A stretch of DNA of 64,000 nt from Cetorhinus maximus. Its lineage: Eukaryota. The notes beneath the pieces were generated by a model. That model saw nothing but the letters and a program-made list of their open reading frames with translations, searched no databases and was not told where the DNA came from. Both the position numbers and the translations under genes were made by a program. Shown piece by piece: positions 25,351 to 37,465 of the stretch (position 1 is the stretch's first letter; every line of letters begins with the position of its first letter). The stretch is from NCBI RefSeq assembly GCF_964194155.1, contig NC_135895.1, positions 53,134,001 to 53,198,000 of the forward strand. The letters are read 5' to 3'.

Positions 25351-27600
25351 ATGCCCATAAACAGCACAGGTATTTTTACAAATCCATATGCAATTGAGGT
25401 TCTACAAAGCAAGAAAAAGGAACTTGCAGCAGGAATTATCAACACTGATCATCTTCTGGCCTGGTTGGTTGAGAATCGTATCATTTCACCAGATAAGAGA
25501 ATTGCTGTGTTGAATTACAAGACACGGGAGGAAAGGAACTCGAGAGTTCTGGATATGTTGGTTTCTTGTGGCGAGAGAGCCTGTAGACTGTTCTTCTATC
25601 CTTGCCTCAAGTATGTGGAACCAGCTCTGTATGATTACATCAGAAACTATGTCAGTAATGTGTCTGGCAGCTTTGGAAATGCCAAAAGACAGCTAGTGGG
25701 ATATCTTTTGGAAAGAGATAAGGATGAAATCCCCAGGAACAGCCAAAAAAAGGCAGAGGAATTCATGCAGAACATAATACCTAAAAAGAATCCACATCAG
25801 GTGCTAAAAAGAGCTGCTAGACCTCAACCTGTCCAGGTTGAAATGACTGAGCTCTACCAGGCTGCAGCATTTGGAGATCTTTCCGGTCTTGATAGAGCTT
25901 TTGGAGACAGTGATGTAAATGGCACAAATGCTTCTAATGAAACCCTGTTGCATGTCGCTGCTGCTCATGGGCATGTTGCAATTATTGAATACTTATTAAA
26001 TAAAGGAGCAAAGATAGAGGTGAGGGATAACAAAGGACAATCACCTCTCCACAGGGCTGCAGTGGAAGGACATTTAGGCGCAGCTAAAAAGCTTTTCCAA
26101 GCTGGAGCACACATCTATGCTTTGGATAAAGAATCCAAAAGTCCATTACACTTAGCTGCAGAGAACAGTCACTTCTCCATGGTGAAGCTGATGTTGAAAG
26201 AAGAAGGCAACAACCGTAAAAGGAAGAAATCTTTTTTGCACATGGCTGCACTCAGAGATGAAAGTAAATTAGCGCAAATCATTGTCAAATATGGAGCTGC
26301 AGTTGACACTAAGGATGAGAAGAACAGGACCCCACTGTTTCATGCTATTTCCCAAGGACATTTCAATACTGTGAAAGTACTGCTGGAGGCTGGAGCCAAG
26401 GTTGATGTTGATTTGATTCACGCAGCATTTGACAGTAATGACCAATTCCTGATAAAGCTGATCTTGGAGCATGGCAGTGAAATTAGCTCTATAGTCTTGG
26501 CCAATGCACTCTTTAAAGCAGTTCAGAAAAACCTATCCGGAACTGTGGGCATTATCATTGAACAAGGCATCAATATCAACACCAGAAATGGAATGCAATA
26601 CACCCCTTTACTGTTAGCAGCAGAACTTGGCCATGCTGAATCTGTCAAAATCCTGATAAATAAAGGTGCATGTTTACATGAAAGGACACCGAATATGGAC
26701 AGTGCATTACACCTTGCAGTCCAAACTGGTTCTCTTTCTGTTGCAAGGCTGTTGATTGACCAGGGGATGGATGCAAACATTATTGGCTCTAACAACCAAA
26801 CACCCTTGCACGTTGCATCCTTTCATAACCAACGACCAATGATAGAAACTTTGATAGCAGGAGGTTCAAAGGTCAATGCTGTCACTAAGGAAGCAGTTAC
26901 ACCTTTACATATCGCTTCACAAAGAGGTAACAGAGATACAGCAGAGTGTCTCATCCAGGACAAAGCAGATGTGAATGCCAAAGACAGATATATGAAAACA
27001 CCCTTGCACATGGCTGCTGTAGTTGGAGATGCCTCTATTGCAGATCTACTTCTGTCAAACCAGGCAGATCCTAATGCAGTAAATATACAGAAGAAAACCC
27101 CACTCCATTTGGCTGCAAACGAAGGCCATTTGGATTTTGTATCTTTGATGTTAACCAGAAGGGCCAAGTTTGCTGCAAAGGATATGGATGGGAATACTCC
27201 AATGCACTATGCAGCCAGCAATAGCCACAACATTGTTGTCAAAGCTCTTTTATTGGCTGGAAAAAATAAAAACATAGATGTTAAGAATGTTGGGCGGAAA
27301 ACACCATTACATCTAGCAGCAGAGCATAGTGGTGAGGACCTGGTAGAATTGCTGTTGATCAGTGGAGCTGCCATTAATGCCTTAGATAATGCAAAAGACA
27401 CACCTCTGCATTGTGCTTGCAAATCGGGAAACTTTAACACTGCCCAAAAACTAATCAACTGGTCTAAAGGTGAAAAACCCAAGTTGCAATCAACAAATAG
27501 TTTAAGAAAGAACCCTCTTCAAGTTGCAGAAAGTGGAGATACAGATAACCACCGTCAAATAGCAACATTATTGAAAAAGAAAATGTTGTTAACTAGATAA
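25351..27600 (+). CDS. caiap: CARD- and ankyrin-repeat-containing inflammasome adaptor protein (single coding exon, 749 aa)
   Basis: Intact ORF with a good Kozak context (GCCACAATG). N-terminal CARD-like region (FTNPYAIEVL...RVLDMLVSCGERACRLFFYPCL) followed by about 16-18 TPLH-type ankyrin motifs and no kinase domain. Architecture and length match Caiap of non-placental vertebrates. Confidence 0.93.
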   Translation: MPINSTGIFTNPYAIEVLQSKKKELAAGIINTDHLLAWLVENRIISPDKRIAVLNYKTREERNSRVLDMLVSCGERACRLFFYPCLKYVEPALYDYIRNYVSNVSGSFGNAKRQLVGYLLERDKDEIPRNSQKKAEEFMQNIIPKKNPHQVLKRAARPQPVQVEMTELYQAAAFGDLSGLDRAFGDSDVNGTNASNETLLHVAAAHGHVAIIEYLLNKGAKIEVRDNKGQSPLHRAAVEGHLGAAKKLFQAGAHIYALDKESKSPLHLAAENSHFSMVKLMLKEEGNNRKRKKSFLHMAALRDESKLAQIIVKYGAAVDTKDEKNRTPLFHAISQGHFNTVKVLLEAGAKVDVDLIHAAFDSNDQFLIKLILEHGSEISSIVLANALFKAVQKNLSGTVGIIIEQGININTRNGMQYTPLLLAAELGHAESVKILINKGACLHERTPNMDSALHLAVQTGSLSVARLLIDQGMDANIIGSNNQTPLHVASFHNQRPMIETLIAGGSKVNAVTKEAVTPLHIASQRGNRDTAECLIQDKADVNAKDRYMKTPLHMAAVVGDASIADLLLSNQADPNAVNIQKKTPLHLAANEGHLDFVSLMLTRRAKFAAKDMDGNTPMHYAASNSHNIVVKALLLAGKNKNIDVKNVGRKTPLHLAAEHSGEDLVELLLISGAAINALDNAKDTPLHCACKSGNFNTAQKLINWSKGEKPKLQSTNSLRKNPLQVAESGDTDNHRQIATLLKKKMLLTR

Positions 27601-27614
27601 GAGAAAAACCTCAA

Positions 27615-28030
27615 CTTCCCTGATGGTTTAATTGGTCAATGTATTATCTGGTGTGGGCTGAGATTCATGGACCAATATCGTCCCAGTTTCACCACTGTGC
27701 TGTGCTGAGTTAACAAGCTACAGAACCCTGGAGCTCGTGGTGGAGCTGTGTGTTGGGAAGGGTGCGATGGAGGAAATTAGCTGGTGTTCCTGCTTCTATT
27801 TGCTATCCAGTGACCCTTATTCAAAAATGCATGGTGTGAACTTTGAGAGAGGACAAGATGAGACTGAAGTTGCTGCCATCTACCTACCTCAAATTTATAT
27901 AGTTAACTAATACTCACTATCAAGACTCACTTGAAAAATGGTCACTTCGATGAGGTACCAAAGGGCTGCTGACATGTTTGAAACTTAGCACGAAAGTGGT
28001 TTTAGAGGAATGGGGGAGAAAAAAAAACAA
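27615..28030 (+). mobile_element. Old SINE-like dispersed repeat immediately after the caiap stop codon
   Basis: Shares diverged blocks (TGCTGAGTT, GCTATCCAGTGACCC, GAGGACAAGAT, purine-rich tail) with copies at about 8815-9100 and 60650-61030 (+) and about 23050-23330 and 59860-60160 (-). Confidence 0.55.
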
Positions 28031-28450
28031 AGGTCACAAGTACAAAACACAGAAAAAAAACACATGCTTACAACAAAAGAAAAACAGCAAAATTATCAAT
28101 TGTAAATGCAATTGTAAATAACTTTAAAACAGAACCCTTTAATCTAGTCACCTCTACCTCCTTTTGGGATGCAGTGATGTAATATTTGTGAAACTAAATC
28201 ACAGCGTTGTTTGATTAGAATTCATTAATGCAGTTTCCCTTTGTTACTTTTTCTTGTCATGAGTCCATGTTTCGTTTTTAAATTTCTATTTTATGTTTAC
28301 TTTTTGTACCTTTGGAAATTTAAAGTCTGTACAAAACAGGAACGTGGCAATACAATACCAGTGAGCATACTTCAGATTTGAACAATCATTGTGAAACTGA
28401 CACCATTTCACAAAGGTTCCACTTACTGCTTTGTGCTTCTCAAACTAATC

Positions 28451-28456
28451 AATAAA
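28451..28456 (+). other. Candidate caiap polyadenylation signal (second AATAAA at 28725-28730)
   Basis: AATAAA in the AT-rich region downstream of the stop codon. Confidence 0.35.
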
Positions 28457-30209
28457 ATTAGACATCAGAATATATGACAATATATAACTACTTAATGTTA
28501 ACATGACTTTTTTTTAAACTTCTTACACATTGGGTGCTCAATCATGTAGTTTACAATTTACAGATCAGGTGAACAAATATTTCAGCATTTTTTTCACCCT
28601 TTAGGTCTCCTACAATAGTATTGAACTGGTTGATGCATGCTATGGATAGCTAATGTAAGTTTTGTTTCACTATCCAGCTTCATTGATTAACTCTGCTCTT
28701 TGACAAGCATAATTTTGATTCTGAAATAAATTTTGTTTTTATTTGCACTTGTGATGAATGTATTGTGGCTCTTATTTTAACTCTGCTACAATGGATTTTA
28801 TTCATATTTTGTAACTTTTTTGTGAACCCCGCAGTTGTGGCACCTTGGTCATTATCTGGGCAATGTTTACAGTTTTCATGCTTTGCTATGAGGAAAAAAA
28901 CACAAAAAATTATATTTAATTGAAGAACTTTAGCAAATTCATAAATGTGTACAAATTACATGGTAAATACTACTGACAGACAGGTAAAATTTAGAGTATT
29001 TATGACTAATGTATTATTACTGCGTGTACTGAATGTCTTGCTGATTGATTTTAGTGAATCTTAGTTTCATGTTGTAATTTTAATGGGACATAAAATGTAT
29101 TTTTGCTTCATATTTACCCCCAAACCATACATAGTAATGGAATTATTTTGCTGTGAAAAGGGTAGCAAGGAGAGTGTTGGGATTTGCTTCATCTCAACCC
29201 TTAAACCCAATAAGGTTCACCTTTAGAACATAACAGCATTAAACAGCACCTTTTGAGTGTCAGAAGCACATCTGTTTTAAGTTACACAACTAAAGATCTT
29301 TTAAGTATTGGCAAGAACATATTAAAGTATGGAATGAAAAAAGAAACTATCTGGCAAATCAAACCTTGCAAAAGATCAAAGACAATTTATTTAAATTCCT
29401 CAGCAAAATGAAAATTCCAAGATTTGAAAAAAAGTGTCCTAAAGATGTCCTGAAAGATATCAAACAAAACTCTAGGCATTGATCTAACATCTCAGTCTCC
29501 AGTTTGATTCTGCATGTGTCAGTTACAGGGTGTCAAAAGAAAACTGGCTATTATCAAAAGTCTTCTGTGATCCCCAACTCTACTTTTCCCATTGACAACG
29601 TTGTGCTTATGTTAAAGTTGTTGGCGTAAATGCTTCTAAATGTGTTAAGTGACAAACTGGAAAATGTTTCCGCCCTGTTTCAAAGTTGACTTTTTGATCC
29701 TTGCCCAATGCCTTGCATCATCAGTCACCAACTGCATGTGATCATGTACTGGAATGCATGTTTATGAGCAAGTTGTAAGAGACCAGATTGATATGTTTTG
29801 TGACCCTATATTATAAGTTAAGTGTTCTATATGTTCAATTTCAGCAGCATATTTTGTGTTTTCTAATGGAATTTTATTAGTTTATGCATTGTGTAGTTTG
29901 GTGGTTGAATACCATGGTTTAGTTAACCATTGTCCAGAAAGTACAACATTTACGAGCATCAATAGAGATTTGTATAGTTCTGGGGAAATGGATGTAGCTT
30001 TATGAAATTTGAATGTAATTCTCACAGAGATGAGCAAAATAGGAAAAAGACAATTTACCATAAAATTAAATAATCAGGTAAATGAAATCAATAAATAGAA
30101 AATGCCAGTTTTGTAGGTTCATGAAAAGCAACATTTAAGTCAAACTTGTGGTGGTCACATATACAGATCTAATTACTTAGTATAGGCCAGTGTAGCATAA
30201 TATAGTCAC

Positions 30210-30558
30210 TTTTTTTATTCGTTCATGGGATGTGGGTGTCGCTGTCTAGGCCAGCATTTATTGCCCTTGTTCAGAGGGCATTTAAGAGTCAACCACATTG
30301 CTGTGGGTCTGGAGTCACATGTAGGCTAGACCAGTTAAGGACAGAGAATTCCTGCCTTAAAGGACATTAGTGAACCAGGTGGGTTTTTTTTACAACAATT
30401 GGCAATGGTTTCATGGTCATCATCAGACTTTTAATTCCAGGTTTTTATTGAATTTGAATTTCACCATCTGCTGTGATTGAACCCAGGTCCCCAGAGCATT
30501 ACCCTTGGTCTCTGGAATACCAGTCCAGTGACAATATCACTATGTCACCGCTCCCCCC
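30210..30558 (-). mobile_element. HE1-type tRNA-derived V-SINE, full length
   Basis: tRNA-like head at 30470-30558, central GGAGTCACATGTAGG...AAGGACATTAGTGAACCAG, and a 3' tail shared with the LINE tail at 1359-1420. Confidence 0.85.
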
Positions 30559-31312
30559 CTTGTAAAGCAGTTCAGCAGAAGAGCCTCTGTAACCTTTGGA
30601 AATAGCATTTACCCCATTTATTGGGGATTTATATAGCTTTCCTACTAAAGTTACAATGGACAATTCAGAGGATTCCCATGAAAATTCAGCCATATACACT
30701 TTCACAAATAAAATGACTGGGAAATCTTATTTAAATGATAACTCAGAAAAAGCATAAGTCTAATATGGTTGATAAAGTATTACTAAATAATCAATACTTA
30801 CTAATCCCTTCGGTATCAGGGTATCAGAATAGATATTGCCCTTACAGTTAGATCAATTTTGCCCTGCTTACATACATGCCTGTAAAAGCCTGCAAAATAA
30901 ATATTATAATTTTTCTTTGAATGAATCTGTAGATGACTGTATATTCAGAAAAATTTAATAAAAAGTATGAACTTAACCTTTTAAAATGTTTATTGTTCTT
31001 TGAATACAACAGGTTGTTATTTATTATGCTCATAGAGCGTATGAATTTATGTATGCTTTCATCTCCTCGCCCATCATATTTTTGGTGAAAGTGCTACAGA
31101 AGCCCCTTGGTGATCATGCAATCCAGATCATTGCAACCTGGATATGCCAGAAAAAGTTTCAAAGGGAATTTGTTATTTTGAGGAAGTTGCTAATGACTGC
31201 TTCCTGAAGGCTTTCAGTACTTATTTTGAACTATACTGCCTGATCTGATGCAAACCATGAGCCCAACAATAATGAGCTATAAGGAATAAGTTCAAATGTC
31301 ACTGCTTCTTAA

Positions 31313-34133
31313 GGCAGTGTTCCAATGTGTCTGCTGCCCTTGTCCTAGATAGTAGTGGTCATGGGTTTGGAAGGTGCTGTCTAAGGGGGCTTGGTGAGTT
31401 CCTGCAGTGCATCTTGTAGATGGTACACACTGCTGCCATTGTGTGTCGGTGGCGGAGGGAGTGAATGTCTGGGTGCCAATCAACTGGGCTACTTTGCCCT
31501 GCTTGGTGTCAAGCTTCTTGAGTGTTGTTAGAGTTGCACTCATCCAGACAAGTGAAGAGAATTCCATCACACTCCTGACTTGTGCCTTGTAGATGGCAGA
31601 CAGGCTTTGGGGAGTCAGGAGGTGAGTTACTCACCACAGGATTCCCAGCCTCTGACCTGCTCTTTCAGCCACAGTATTTATATAGCTAGTCCAGTTCAGT
31701 TTCTAGTCAATGGTAACCCCCAGGATGTTGTAGTGGGGGATTCAGCGAAGGTAATGCCATTGAATGTCAAGGGACGGTGGTTAGATTATCTCTTGTTGGA
31801 GATGGTCATTGCCTGGCACTTGTGTAGCACGAATGTTACTTGCCACTTATAAGTCCAAGTCAGGATATTGTCCAGATCTTGCTGCACTTGGACATGGACT
31901 GCTTCAGTATCTGAGGAGCCACAAATGGTGCTGAATATTGTGCAATCATCAGCAAACATCCCCACTTCTGACCTTATGATGGAAGGTCATTGGTGAAGTA
32001 GCTGAAGATGGGTGGGCCTAGGACACTACTCTGAGGAACTCCTACATCAATGTCCTGGAACTGAGATGATTGACCTCCATCAACTACAACCATCTTCCTT
32101 TGTGCTGGGTATGACAGCAATTAGTGGAGAGTTTTTTCTCTGATTCCCATTGACCCCAGTTTTGCTAGGGCTCCTTGATGCCACCCTTGGTCAAATGCTG
32201 CCTTGATGTCAAGGGAAGTCACTCTCACCTCATCTCTAGCATTCAGCTTTTTTGTCCATGTTTGACCCAAAGCTTTAATGAGGTCAGGAGCTGAGTGGCC
32301 CTAGCGAACCCAAACTGAGCGTCAGTGAGCAGGTTATTGCTAAACAAATGCTGCTTGATAGCACTGTTGATGACCCCTTCTATCACTTTACTGATGACCA
32401 AGAGTAGACTGATGGGGCGGTAATTGGCTGGGTTAGATTTGTCCTTTTTGTGGATGGGACAACCTGGGCAATTTTCCACATTGCCGGGTAGATGCCAGTA
32501 TTGTATCTGCACTCGAACAGCTTGCTTAGGAGCACGGCAAGTTCTGGAGCATAAGTCTTCAGCACCATTGCCGAATATTGTCATGGCCCATAGCCTTTGC
32601 AGAACCCAGAACCTTCAGCCACTTCTTGATATCATGCGGAGTGAATTGAACTGACTGAAGACTGACATCTGTGATGCTGTAAAGCTCCGGAGGAGGCCAA
32701 GATGGATCATCCACTCAGCACTTCTGGCTGAGGATTGTTGCAAATGCCTTTTGCAAAGATGGGCTCCCCCATCTTTGAGGATGGGGATATTTATGGAGCC
32801 TCTTCCTCCAGTGAGTTGTTTAATTGTCCACCACCATACATGACTAGATATGGCAGGACTGTAGAGCTTAGATCTGATCCGTTGGTTATGGAACCGCTTA
32901 GCTCTATCACTTGCTGCTTTTGCTGTTTGGCACGCAAGTAGTCCCGTGTTATAGCTTCACCAGGTTGACACACATCATTTTTAGATATGCCTTATGCTGC
33001 TCATGGCATACCCTCCTGCACTCTTCATTGAAACAGGGTTGATCCCTGGCTTGGTGGTAATGGTAGAGTGAGGGATATTCCGGGCCATGAGGTTACAGAT
33101 TGTGGTTGAGTACAGTTCTGCTACTGATGGCCCACAGTGCCTCATGGATGCCCAGTTTTGAGCTGCTAGATCTGTTCAAAATCTTTCTCATTTAGCATGG
33201 TTGTAGTGCCACACAACATGATGGAGGGTATCCTCAATATGAATATGGTACTTTGTCTCCACAAGGAATATGCGATGGTCACTCCTACCAGCATTGTCAT
33301 GGACAGATGTAAATGCAGCTTGCAGGTTGGTGAGGATGAGGTAAGTATGCTTTTCCCTCTTTTGGTAGCAGCTATGTCCTCTAGGACAGCCAGCTCGGAC
33401 TGTACTCATGGTGATGGATATTGAAGTCCCCACCCAGAGTACATTCTGCATCTTTGCCAACTTCAATGCTTCCTTCAAATGGTGTTCAAAATGGAGGGAC
33501 ACTGATTCAACAGCTGAGTTGGAGGGGCGGAGGTTTCCTTGCCCATGTTTGAACTGGTGCCATGAAACTTCATGGGGTCCAGAGCCATGTTGATCATTCC
33601 TTCTGACTGTATACCACTGTGCTGTCATCTCTACTGTGGCTAACCTTCCGGTGGGACAGGACATACCCAGGGATGGTGATGGTGGTTTCTGGGATATTGT
33701 CTGTAGTGTATGATTCGGTGAGTATGACTATGGCAGGCTGTTGCTTGACTAGTTTATGAGACAGCTCTCCCAATTTTGGCACAAGCCCCAGATATTAGTA
33801 AGGAGGACTGAGTTTGCCAGTCATTTCTGATGCCTATGTCAATGCTGGGTAGTCTGTTCCATTCCTTTTAGTCTTTTTAGCGGTTTGATACAACTGGGTG
33901 GCCTGCTAGCAGATCTAGCAACTCAAGATCCTGTGGGCCTGGAGTCACATGTAGGCTAGACCAAGGATGGCAGATGAGATTTTTTACAATGGTTTCATGG
34001 TCATCACCAGACTTTTAATTCCAAATTTTTATTGAATTCAGACTGGTGGATTCAAACCTGGGTCCCCAGAGTATTAGCTTGGGTCTCTGGATTACTAGTC
34101 CAGTGATAGTACCACTATGCCACCGCTTCCCCC
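31313..34133 (-). mobile_element. CR1/L2-group (HER1-like) LINE with decayed endonuclease and RT and a SINE-like tRNA head at its 5' end
   Basis: EN start LVKQQPAIVILTESY...IPGYVLSHR (33594-33782). RT NPANYRPISLLLVISKVIEGVIN...DAQFGF (32243-32584). 33931-34133 is homologous to SINE 30300-30558. Confidence 0.85.
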
Positions 34134-34439
34134 TCAACAGCAGGTCATGCCTGGTTTAGATAGCACTATCTATATAAATATTGGTGGAACATGGATATTA
34201 GTCTATGATGCTGACACAACCAAAGCATAAGCTGTACCCCTTTCTCCCCAGCCCCATTTCCTAGTTTCCCCACGTCTCCCACCACTGCTTCAGATACACC
34301 AGCTGATTGCAGTGGTGGGTGGGCGCAGGTGATATCACCAAGTGGAGCAGCTGAAAATTTGAAGCGTAGAAATCTCCGATGCAAAAAAACAGCAGCATTG
34401 GGAATATGCATGTCCACTGTCTCTGGGTGATCCATGCCC

Positions 34440-34817
34440 TCATTCCGGAAGGGTTAATCCTACAGCAGTATTAATACTTAAGAGCTGTTTTAGAGTTGTC
34501 AGGTCTGTAACTTAAAGCTCTTGGACAGTTTTTGCCACGTTTCTAGGTTGATATATGCACTTTAAGATGAGAAAACTCAAAACTAACGCTAAAAGCAGCA
34601 AATAATTCAAACACAGCATTCACTCCATCCTGTGCCCTAACCCCGTCACGTGACAGAACCTTTTCAGGTGGCACGTGGGACGGTGCCCAACCTTTCTCGA
34701 GGATGCCGGGAACGCGGAGGACTGGCTGACAGAAGAGGATTCTGGGAAGGCGGAGGACTCGGTGAAAGAGCCTGTGGAGGACTGGTTTGGTGTGATGGTG
34801 GTATCGGCGGTGAGCTG
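34440..34817 (+). promoter_or_regulatory. CpG-rich promoter and 5' UTR of the ISY1-like gene
   Basis: GTCACGTGAC (34645-34654), a second CACGTG (34672-34677) and TTCCGGAA (about 34444), directly upstream of the ATG at 34818. Confidence 0.6.
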
Positions 34818-34884
34818 ATGGCCCGCAATGAAGAAAAGCAGCTGGGGAATCTGAACCGATTGTGGCTGCAGAGGGAGAAGGAGG
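34818..34884 (+). CDS. ISY1-like uncharacterised protein, exon 1 (MARNEEKQLGNLNRLWLQREKE)
   Basis: ATG at 34818, donor G|GTAACA, phase 1. N-terminus resembles ISY1 MARNAEKAM. Confidence 0.85.
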
Positions 34885-36609
34885 GTAACATAAGCTACTC
34901 CGGTTCATCTATGTTATTGTCTGCTGATGATTATGGATGTCTGTGTAATGTGGCTGAATGTTGAGAAGCTGGGGGACCCTGAGAGCAGCTCTCCGTGAAG
35001 TGGAGTATTGAGCTGTGTGGTCTGGAATAAATCTTTCCCAACAACTATGTAACTCTGAGTACATTCACAGTTCTTGACTTTTTTTTTCCAGGAGTGGGAC
35101 ATGAACCCACTACCTTCTGACTCAAAGGCGAGGGTGCTATGAACTGAGCCACAGTTTACACAGCGCAGGCACCTTTGGGTTTTATTTGCCCAGTTGTGCT
35201 GGGGTTCAGTTCTCTAATGCTAGAACTCCCCCACCTCCTCTTAGTAACTCGCCTCTAGGGTTACTTTGCGAGTCTGGCCAGAAAGAAAGATATTGAGGTC
35301 AATTTGATTCCGGGGGGAGGGCGGCATTATATTTGAGCCAAAACTCGTTAAGTGTTCTCAGTGTTGTCATTAACTGTATAATCTGGTTTGATTCACATGA
35401 CCTGCCACCCCTTTTAGGGTGCATATATTTTAGGGATTCCGTGACAGCTCTGCAAATTGACTGCATTCAAACGCTGTGGCTCAACATTTGCCTTATCAAA
35501 TATTTGATAAGAAATTCCCCTTTTTTAAAAGTATGTACATTTTATAGGACACTAGCTGTCTGCAAGGGTCTATGCCATTTTTTTGTGATTACTGCTGTAT
35601 GTCCTCGTCTCTCTGTTTCACAACAAACAATGAACAGCAAGGATGTAAGGGAATTAAGTTCATGATTTCAGGCTCCCAGCTCTGTAAGTGACAAGAATGT
35701 AGAAGTCCTGATCTGAATAGACACCACAATGCCCATGTTTTTAAAAATATAACAAAGAGCTATTTGATTTGTGCACATATAATAGAATCTAAACGCAAAT
35801 GAATGAGTGTCAAAGGTTGACACAGCATAGATTCAGGTGACTTTATTTACTGATTAGATATTGGTTTTATTTTGGATGTTCAGGAATATGAAATAACAAG
35901 AGTTGAAGTAATATAAGGGTAAAGCTCTTGATTGGTTTATGGATGTTACTTGAGTCTTGAAGTTAAATTTCTGTCTTTTTCTTTTTCTTTATATTCTTAA
36001 ATAAAACATTACTTTCAAAAGAAAAATTTCATTCTGGTCATCAATGTGCAGATCATCTCCAATGACAAGCAAAATAACAGCTGATGTTACAAGTCCTACA
36101 AAAACATGATTGTAAAGTTGGAAATTTATTTTGTATTCTATTTTTCTATAGAAGCGGTAACTGTAAACCATTCTAATGTTACATAATATCATCTAAGTTC
36201 CTTTCCCCAGCTCAAATTACAGTTATCAGCTCTAGATACTTGAAATTACTGTGTATTATTGAAATTGGAAGGCATGGTGGCATTTTAGTGTTTGCTGTGC
36301 TTACCCCTGTGCTCTTTGGTTTCAAATGCCCCCATGGCCTTACCTCTCTATCTCTGTAATCTCCTTCAGCCCTACAACCCTCAGACCCTTGTGCTCCCCT
36401 GATTCTGGCCTTTTACACATCCTTGATATTCTTTATTCCACTATTGACAGCTACGTTTTCAGCTACCTAGGCTCTGAGCTCTGAAATTCGCTCATTTAAA
36501 TCACTCTACCCCCGTCTCCTGCTTTAAGATTATATTAATATTAGTGTAGTATATTAAAATGTGTTAAAGGCTTTTGTCAGTTTTTAATTATTTTGTTCTT
36601 GTTCAACAG

Positions 36610-36650
36610 AAGGCCGTCTGAGAGAGATACATCAAAACAGACCCAAACTG
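36610..36650 (+). CDS. ISY1-like protein, exon 2 (EGRLREIHQNRPKL)
   Basis: Pyrimidine tract with AACAG acceptor, GTGAGT donor, phase 1 to 0. Aligns with ISY1 EEGKVKERRPFL. Confidence 0.85.
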
Positions 36651-37385
36651 GTGAGTAACCAAACCATTTTTTTCTGGAGTCAATGGAGCAACAACATACC
36701 TGGCTGAGAAAGTAAACCAAGATTGCTATGGTCCTGCTCATGCAACAACTTTCTACAATTGCTGAATAATGTTGCCATCTCATACTTAACAACGGGACTC
36801 AAATACTGGTTGCTTTTTCAGCTTTTACACTTGAGTTTCTAAATGTAAACCTTGTTCATTTTAATTCATATCTGAGCAACTTAGAGTGGGGAAGAAGGAT
36901 TTTGAAATTTGCTTTCTGCCACAGTGCCACACCTTTACCCCATGTTTTTAAATGTGATCTTTAATCTCTGCGGAAAGCAGACTCCTGTTGGTAGTATATC
37001 TGGCAGTGCCACAGTAATAAATTTAAGAGGGTCTAGAATGATCTGTATAGCTTAGGTACAGAGAGGTGTTTGCACATGCACCTCTTAGTACACCACACCC
37101 AAACTTTAGAATTAATGTACATATTTTTAATTTCCGTACCAATAATCATTTGTTTCAGTTCCCTTATTCCATGAAAGATTCAAACTACATTTGTTTCCAA
37201 GGGCTGAGATGCATGTTTTTTTCCAGCTCTCCTACTTCAAACAAATACAGTGTAAAGAACAAGAAGAAACTTGCATTGCTATGACACTTTTCACAACCTT
37301 TGTATGTTTCGAAGTACTTCACAGTCAATAAATTATTTCTGAAATGTATTCACTGTTTGCAATGGTTCTTTCTCAATTTGTACTC

Positions 37386-37465
37386 GAGTATTGCTGAAAA
37401 AGAGAAATTTTTGTGGAAGCTTTTCGTCTTGCATTCATCAGCACAATTCGCAAGAAAATACCAAT
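37386..37465 (-). mobile_element. Family-B hammerhead-motif element in intron 2
   Basis: Reverse complement of 37411-37446 reads TTGTG-CTGATGA-ATGCAAGAC-GAAA-AGCTT-C-CACAA. Confidence 0.75.

Noticed and set aside
25351-27600. RIPK4/ANKK1 or ankyrin-1 assignment
   Set aside because: No kinase, ZU5 or spectrin-binding region. The N-terminus is CARD-like.
30470-30558. tRNA genes here and at 11212, 34040-34133 and 35090-35155
   Set aside because: SINE heads with A/B boxes but no complete cloverleaf, continuing into SINE bodies.
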